Made by a program: the position numbers and the translations under genes. From the IMG/VR virus record IMGVR_UViG_3300023210_000076, positions 1-40,795 of that record: DNA of 40,795 nt; one strand, given 5' to 3'. Source of the stretch: a virus. Taxonomy: Duplodnaviria; Caudoviricetes. How positions within the stretch are numbered: position 1 is the stretch's first letter; the number at the start of each line of letters is the position of its first letter. The notes beneath the pieces were generated by a model. It searched no databases and was not told where the DNA came from. It saw only the letters and a list, made by a program, of their open reading frames with translations. Below are positions 35,380-40,795 of the stretch, one piece after another.

Positions 35380-37269
35380 TTAATCATCAAGTAATTGGGA
35401 TTCGTCTAACATCGTTCCGGTGTCTTCTATGGAACTACTTTTGTCTGCTAACGTCTCTTGTATTATTTGATTATTTTTTGTATTTTGATTTAATCCAGAA
35501 TTACGTAACATATCTACAAAAGCTTTATTTTCCGTACTCAATGCAGAGGTTTTATATTTATGTTCTAATGGTGATTTATCAGTATTAAATGAACCGCCTA
35601 ATTCTTTTGCTCCTAATGGATCACGTCCATGTGGACTATCATGTGTTCCCCAAGCCCCGCCGGTACCTTTTGGTCGGCCTGTTCCTGGTACATGTTCTTG
35701 TTCCATACCTGGTAATATATCTGTCTTAGTTGCAACATGCATTGAAGCTATATCATGAGGCGTACCAAAACTCATATTTGATTTCTTTGGATCATTGCCT
35801 TCAGATTTAATTTGTTCTCTACGGAATGCTTCTTTTTGATCTTGTACAACACGTTCTTTCTCTTCTTGCCATTCCTGAGCTGATAAGTTAAATATATTTT
35901 CATATATCCATTGTTCTGAAAATAACATTGATTCTTTCATATTATTAGCTAACCCTATTTGGGATTCTAATAATTCCACCATTTGCTTTTTATAGATCAA
36001 ACTAGGATTTTCTAATTTCAATGTAAAATCAACTAAATCCTCATCAGTAAATCCTTGAGAGTATAAATGTACTATTGCAATTTTAGTAAGTTCCGAAACA
36101 AATATTTTTTGTATTCTTTCTATTGTTCTAGCAAATCTTACATCTTCAGCTGCCAATGTCGCTTTCCCTTCAACACCTTCATCATATCCCAAAAACGCTT
36201 TAGGTATTTTTAAAGCTGCCATCATCTTATTACGTAAATATTCTATATCTTCAATTTGACCATCGTTAGTCAATCCAGCCAATGTATCAATTTCAGTTCC
36301 GGATTCAGAGCCACGTACAGGAAGATAATAATCTTCCATCATATTTTCCATATTAAATTTAAGATTATATTCACCTGTCTTATCATCCATATATGGAATC
36401 TTTTTCATTTTGGACATAATCGTCTGCATATGATTATCTACTTCCGCTGGTGGTATATTACCTACATCTATTTTAAATATCCTTCTTTCCGGGGCACGCA
36501 TGATTCTCTGTATTAACATAGCATCTTCCATCAATGAAAGCTGTTTATATATTTTACGAGCTGATTCGATCATTGATTTACCATATGGCAAGAAATTGGT
36601 ATCTGATAATAATCTAAAATGAGCTACTTCAAAGTTTTCAAATGTTTGCATCGGTTCTTTTTGAGAACTTGCATACGACATATGTGTTCCTTCTAATACA
36701 AATCTATAAGCATATGGATTCTCTACATCATATCCTTCTTCTCTTCTAACTTCATATGATGATAATGGTACTACATTTACAATACCTATTTCTTCTTCAA
36801 TATCTAAATGCAAAAAGAAGTCTCCGTATTTACATGCATTACGAATCCAAGGCCATAAATTGTAATCAATATTTAATATATCATAAAATAAATTCCTTAA
36901 TACTTTTTGTATTTCAGCATTAGGTGATGATATTGTCAATGTATCGCCTTCTGTATTCTGTACTGTTGCTTCATCTGCATATATGTCCAATGCGGATGCT
37001 AATATAGGGTCCATATCCATTGCCTCATAATCAGTAAATAATTCTAATTTTGATTGATGAAAATTATAAGTTTGATTATATGTTGCGAAACCAGATTGGC
37101 CTCTATGTAATCCAGAGAACCTATCTACGAAGTTATTATTTCCAGCTGCGCCAGTTGATTGTAATTTATTAGCATCAACTACTTTTAATCGATTTTTTGC
37201 TACGCGTCTTACTACTACATTCGTCGAGAATAATCTACGTAGTCGTGCTTGTAATGAAGTATCTGCCAT
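35380..37269 (-). CDS. gp20: Portal protein (T4 gp20-like)
   Basis: QLSLMEDAMLIQRIMRAPERRIFKIDVGN, MEDYYLPVRG...TEIDTL.G, DIEYLRNK...ALKIP. Confidence 0.95.
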   Translation of the reverse strand: MADTSLQARLRRLFSTNVVVRRVAKNRLKVVDANKLQSTGAAGNNNFVDRFSGLHRGQSGFATYNQTYNFHQSKLELFTDYEAMDMDPILASALDIYADEATVQNTEGDTLTISSPNAEIQKVLRNLFYDILNIDYNLWPWIRNACKYGDFFLHLDIEEEIGIVNVVPLSSYEVRREEGYDVENPYAYRFVLEGTHMSYASSQKEPMQTFENFEVAHFRLLSDTNFLPYGKSMIESARKIYKQLSLMEDAMLIQRIMRAPERRIFKIDVGNIPPAEVDNHMQTIMSKMKKIPYMDDKTGEYNLKFNMENMMEDYYLPVRGSESGTEIDTLAGLTNDGQIEDIEYLRNKMMAALKIPKAFLGYDEGVEGKATLAAEDVRFARTIERIQKIFVSELTKIAIVHLYSQGFTDEDLVDFTLKLENPSLIYKKQMVELLESQIGLANNMKESMLFSEQWIYENIFNLSAQEWQEEKERVVQDQKEAFRREQIKSEGNDPKKSNMSFGTPHDIASMHVATKTDILPGMEQEHVPGTGRPKGTGGAWGTHDSPHGRDPLGAKELGGSFNTDKSPLEHKYKTSALSTENKAFVDMLRNSGLNQNTKNNQIIQETLADKSSSIEDTGTMLDESQLLDD

Positions 37270-37296
37270 TCTATTTTCCGTTTAATAATAAATATG

Positions 37297-38868
37297 TTAA
37301 AGCAACCATTTCAGGTCATCGTCATCCTTACCTGTTTTCCAATCCCATGATTGGTTCTGATTTGGATTGTTTGTATATACACTTTGGTATTTTCCTACAT
37401 GGTTTAGTGTTTTTCTAGATAAATCCATTCCTTGTTGATGTAACCGTAATGCTGTATCTCGTATCCATAATGCAATACCAAATGCAATTATAAGATCATC
37501 ATTATATCCTCGCTGGGCTTCAGCTCTAGAACCATTCCATATAAATACATACATTTCATCTGTCAATCGTTTAGATTTTATAATAGGTGATTTTTCTCTA
37601 AAATATGTTTCAATTTTAGAAATGATTAATGGTCGTGTTTTTGTTGTAGTTGAGAAGCCTGGTACTTTTTGTGACTTATTTTTTAAATCATAGCCTTTAG
37701 CCAAATGTACATTTTCATCTATATATGCATCTTGTTTATAAGAATAATATAAATTCTCATATCCTTTATCGATTAATACTTGTATGACAGCCCAGCCTAT
37801 ATTTGCATTTTCAATTACCAATAATGCATTATTCCATTCTGTCGCTACTGAATGTAACATATTGCCATATTCAGTAGTTCCTATCTTTCCTTTATATTCC
37901 GCTACTTGTGTAACTGATTCTATTTCAATTACATGGAATGCAGAATAATCAGCTCCGTCCCCTCTCGCGACATCAGCTACTACTGCATATGCTTTTGAAT
38001 AATCTGGATAATCCCATAACCAATAATTCCCATCAAATCCTCTTTTTTCTTTTGGATCTTCAACATATGTTTGTTCATACCATTGAATGATAGGACCGTC
38101 AATTATTGTATGACCAGATGTTATAAAATCACAATCACATTCTTGCGCTGCAGATTTTTCTCCTAATAATTGAGTTTGCTCGTCCCGCCAAGTCTGATCT
38201 CTTTCTGGATGTGCTGTCCAATGCAATTTAATACTATTAAATTTTCCGCCGGAGATTGCCTCGCTCCATGTTTTATGAAATAAATTTCCAGTTCCGTTTG
38301 GAGTCGAGAGCATGATAGCTCCACCACCTGTCGCAAGTGTTTGCTGAGCTGCTGTCCATATTTCATCAATCCTATCAATGAAAGCAGCTTCATCCATAAC
38401 CAATAGTGATAGTGCTTCTGATCGGCCGGCTGTACCTGTACTAGAAACTGCCTTTACTTGAGAACCATTTTTGAAACGCAGTGATAATTTATTATCTTCT
38501 AATGTTTTTCCTTTTAACCACGAAGGTAGATTATCATGCATCACTCTTACTTTAGTTACCAGATTCTTTGCAACGTCTTGTGTAGTTGCAATTACCAGGC
38601 AATTGAAATCTTCTTTGAATATCATGTTCCATAAAATATAACCAGCTGATAACGTTGAAATTCCTAACTGCCTAGATTTTAAAATTATATTATATCGATT
38701 TTCTTTCATTGAAGTTAATGTATCTTCTTGAAAGGGGTATAGATTGAAAAACATTTTACCTCTAGTAGGATGTTGTATGACACAATACTTTTTCATGAAA
38801 TGTGTAGGATCGACAGCACATTTCTTATACTCTTCTTGTATTATTTCTTTTAACGATTTTTGCGGCAT
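37297..38868 (-). CDS. gp17: Terminase large subunit (T4 gp17-like)
   Basis: LYPFQ, KSRQLGIST (Walker A variant), LLVMDEAAF (Walker B), STPNG, QECDCDF, ADVARGDGADYS, NDDLI nuclease motifs. Confidence 0.95.
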   Translation of the reverse strand: MPQKSLKEIIQEEYKKCAVDPTHFMKKYCVIQHPTRGKMFFNLYPFQEDTLTSMKENRYNIILKSRQLGISTLSAGYILWNMIFKEDFNCLVIATTQDVAKNLVTKVRVMHDNLPSWLKGKTLEDNKLSLRFKNGSQVKAVSSTGTAGRSEALSLLVMDEAAFIDRIDEIWTAAQQTLATGGGAIMLSTPNGTGNLFHKTWSEAISGGKFNSIKLHWTAHPERDQTWRDEQTQLLGEKSAAQECDCDFITSGHTIIDGPIIQWYEQTYVEDPKEKRGFDGNYWLWDYPDYSKAYAVVADVARGDGADYSAFHVIEIESVTQVAEYKGKIGTTEYGNMLHSVATEWNNALLVIENANIGWAVIQVLIDKGYENLYYSYKQDAYIDENVHLAKGYDLKNKSQKVPGFSTTTKTRPLIISKIETYFREKSPIIKSKRLTDEMYVFIWNGSRAEAQRGYNDDLIIAFGIALWIRDTALRLHQQGMDLSRKTLNHVGKYQSVYTNNPNQNQSWDWKTGKDDDDLKWLL

Positions 38869-38895
38869 ATTCTATTAATATATAAAAAATTTCTC

Positions 38896-39306
38896 TTATT
38901 TCAAAATTAAAACCATGAAAAGTATTATCGAGGCTCCAGCACCTGCTAATATCCCATCGCGTTGACGTTTATATTTTTTTGCGAGTTGTCTCTGAAGTTC
39001 TATTTGTTCATCTTTTGTAGAAACTGTTTGATTCAGTAATCCTATTTCTGTTTCAAACGTTCCTTGTTTTTCTTGATATACAGTTACAACACTATCCTTT
39101 AAAGATAATTGTTCCCGTAATGTTTTTTGAATTTTTTGCTCGAGTATTAATTGTTTAATTGCGAGCTCTCCAGATTCTATATCTTGTATTGCTTGAACAA
39201 GATATTGTTTAGGTAAGCATATTAGACTATCATTGGTATCGATTTGCGAAATACCGGGTAATGTCGTTGCTAGTAAAATTACTGATATTATCAAATTTCT
39301 CAGCAT
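38896..39306 (-). CDS. Coiled-coil membrane protein, spanin-like candidate
   Basis: N-terminal signal-like segment, coiled coil, C-terminal hydrophobic anchor; overlaps upstream gene by 77 nt. Confidence 0.5.
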   Translation of the reverse strand: MLRNLIISVILLATTLPGISQIDTNDSLICLPKQYLVQAIQDIESGELAIKQLILEQKIQKTLREQLSLKDSVVTVYQEKQGTFETEIGLLNQTVSTKDEQIELQRQLAKKYKRQRDGILAGAGASIILFMVLILK

Positions 39307-39586
39307 AATCTTCTTTTAATTTTTCTATCTCGGCTTCTTTTGCCAGGATATTAGTTTGTAACACATATAATGAATCATTTAATGATATGATATTATCATC
39401 TAACAATTGTCTTTCGTTTTGAACTTCTTCTATCTCAATTGATAAACTATCAACTCGTTGTTGTAATTGTTCATCTTGTATCATGATAACCTGATCCGAT
39501 TGGTTCATGAACATGTATGTTAATCCTATTGACATAAGAATTATAATTGCAATTAATATTAATGTAACTTTATCTATTTTCATCAA
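39230..39586 (-). CDS. Inner-membrane-anchored coiled-coil protein, i-spanin-like candidate
   Basis: N-terminal TM (VTLILIAIIILMSIGLTYMFM) followed by a long heptad region. Confidence 0.55.
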   Translation of the reverse strand: MMKIDKVTLILIAIIILMSIGLTYMFMNQSDQVIMIQDEQLQQRVDSLSIEIEEVQNERQLLDDNIISLNDSLYVLQTNILAKEAEIEKLKEDYAEKFDNISNFTSNDITRYFANRYQ

Positions 39587-39591
39587 TCAAA

Positions 39592-40795
39592 TCATCCTTT
39601 AATTGCATCCCATCCTTTTTTAACAAGGTCTGTAACTATTGGTGCTATTTCTGTGGCGGTAAGATCTCCAGCTTTAATACCATCAATCATTGATATAGAA
39701 GTATCATGAATACTACTCTTTAATGCATTTGCAATATCTATTACTACGTTCGAATCTTTTGCATTTGATAATACATCTGTAAGTTTTTCTTTTGCTTCTA
39801 CCACGCTAAAACCGTGAGAGAAAAATCCATATAAAGCAACGCTTATCATTGTACATGTATATAATACATTAGCCGCTCTATCAGCTTTATCATATGCTTC
39901 TTTATATGATAATCCTACATCAGTCACTTCTTCCGAATCCATCCCAAGTTTACCCTTTAACCAATTCCATCCTTTTTTAACGCCAATTTTAGCTTTTGTA
40001 CCTAACCACATTGCTCCTGCAATTACATGTTTAAAGGGTATAAGAAATAGTTCATGTAGTTGATGTGCTGCCTTACCAATTGATCTTCCGAATGTCGTAT
40101 CAAATGTAGCTTCATACATAATATGTAATACATGCTCATCGACATACTGTGTTTCTGTACCATCTACATTAAATTTCGCAGCATGATATTTACCAACTTC
40201 GTCTGGGCTTAATCCTTTTATAACAGTATCGACATTACCAGCTGGATTCTTTCCTTTTATAGACTTAGCACGTGCCTTTACATTATCTTTATGAGTAAAT
40301 TCGGCTATACGTTTAAATACCGCATCCACGTATTTTCCATCATCTCCGGAGAGTCCAAGTGTCTTGACAATTTCTGATTTAGGAGGAATTGGATATTTTC
40401 CAGTTTTTTTATCTTTATTCTTTTTTGCGTATTTGTAAAGTTTATTAGTAAGTTTTGTCGTTGCTCTTTTTTCTGGGGATGCGTCTTTTTGCAAAAAACT
40501 ACCAACCCAATCCGCAACATTTCCGACTAATTTTAATATACTCGGTGCTGCTAATGTAGCGGATACAATTGGACCTAATTCATTTAAAGCAGTGCGTACT
40601 TCTTTTACTAATTCATCCGGTTCTGCATCAGGATCATCCAGAGCTTTAACATCAAGGTCTTGTGGTTTAATATCCATTTTACCTTTAGTTAATTCTTTAG
40701 TAACCTGTGCAATAGCTTTTGCTACATCTGAATCTGACATTTCACCGGCTTCTGAAATACCAGTTATTGGTCGTACAAAATTACATAAATTATTC
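39592..40795 (-). CDS. Hypothetical protein with hydrophobic helices (probably 5'-truncated by window edge)
   Basis: 382 aa from Met at 40740, but the frame has no stop up to the window end. Confidence 0.65.
   Translation of the reverse strand, partial: NNLCNFVRPITGISEAGEMSDSDVAKAIAQVTKELTKGKMDIKPQDLDVKALDDPDAEPDELVKEVRTALNELGPIVSATLAAPSILKLVGNVADWVGSFLQKDASPEKRATTKLTNKLYKYAKKNKDKKTGKYPIPPKSEIVKTLGLSGDDGKYVDAVFKRIAEFTHKDNVKARAKSIKGKNPAGNVDTVIKGLSPDEVGKYHAAKFNVDGTETQYVDEHVLHIMYEATFDTTFGRSIGKAAHQLHELFLIPFKHVIAGAMWLGTKAKIGVKKGWNWLKGKLGMDSEEVTDVGLSYKEAYDKADRAANVLYTCTMISVALYGFFSHGFSVVEAKEKLTDVLSNAKDSNVVIDIANALKSSIHDTSISMIDGIKAGDLTATEIAPIVTDLVKKGWDAIKG

Noticed and set aside
206-37418. All plus-strand ORFs in the track (e.g. 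206-721, 1632-2102, 10084-10656, 30450-30848)
   Set aside because: Antisense shadows of well-supported minus-strand genes, with low-complexity Ser/Leu/Phe-rich translations and no SD or promoter context
37297-38868. Intein or intron in terminase (also checked polymerase, capsid, portal)
   Set aside because: Continuous ORFs of ordinary length; no intein termini or homing endonuclease motifs seen
7979-40520. Nested minus-strand alternative-frame ORFs (7979-8206, 9941-10126, 38163-38393, 40305-40520)
   Set aside because: Fully inside longer genes, with no initiation signals or motifs
1-40795. Stop-codon reassignment, as seen in some Bacteroidota phages
   Set aside because: Genes are intact and densely packed in code 11; TAA, TAG and TGA all terminate genes at sensible positions

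Overview
A 40.8 kb AT-rich segment of a large lytic myovirus with T4-like head, neck and tail proteins. Every credible gene is on the minus strand. Read right to left it holds a candidate spanin-like pair, terminase, portal, several probable internal head proteins, prohead protease, a phage ribosomal protein bS21, scaffold and major capsid protein. Next come an inserted cassette (small ORF, HD hydrolase, ATP-dependent DNA ligase), tail-fibre genes, a SAM methyltransferase, neck proteins, sheath, tube, a tail chaperone with a probable programmed frameshift, tape measure and Mu/P2-type baseplate-hub genes. The left end has a divergent family A DNA polymerase and more putative head-packaged proteins. 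Promoter motifs and the bS21 C-terminus point to a Bacteroidota host (inference). The most interesting signal is a two-tier expression code. bS21, polymerase, ligase and the HD operon carry a TTWGG-N18-TTATATT promoter and have no strong, well-spaced Shine-Dalgarno (SD), while most structural genes carry an ATATTTAT motif and/or a clear AGGA(G) SD, consistent with a bS21-driven translational switch. Also notable: a +1/-2 frameshift site, two structured leader RNAs, an [ST]-G-S motif shared by unrelated virion-surface proteins, and LxE-leader cargo proteins including a nuclease-like one. All functional calls come from motif recognition and synteny by eye; no searches were run.
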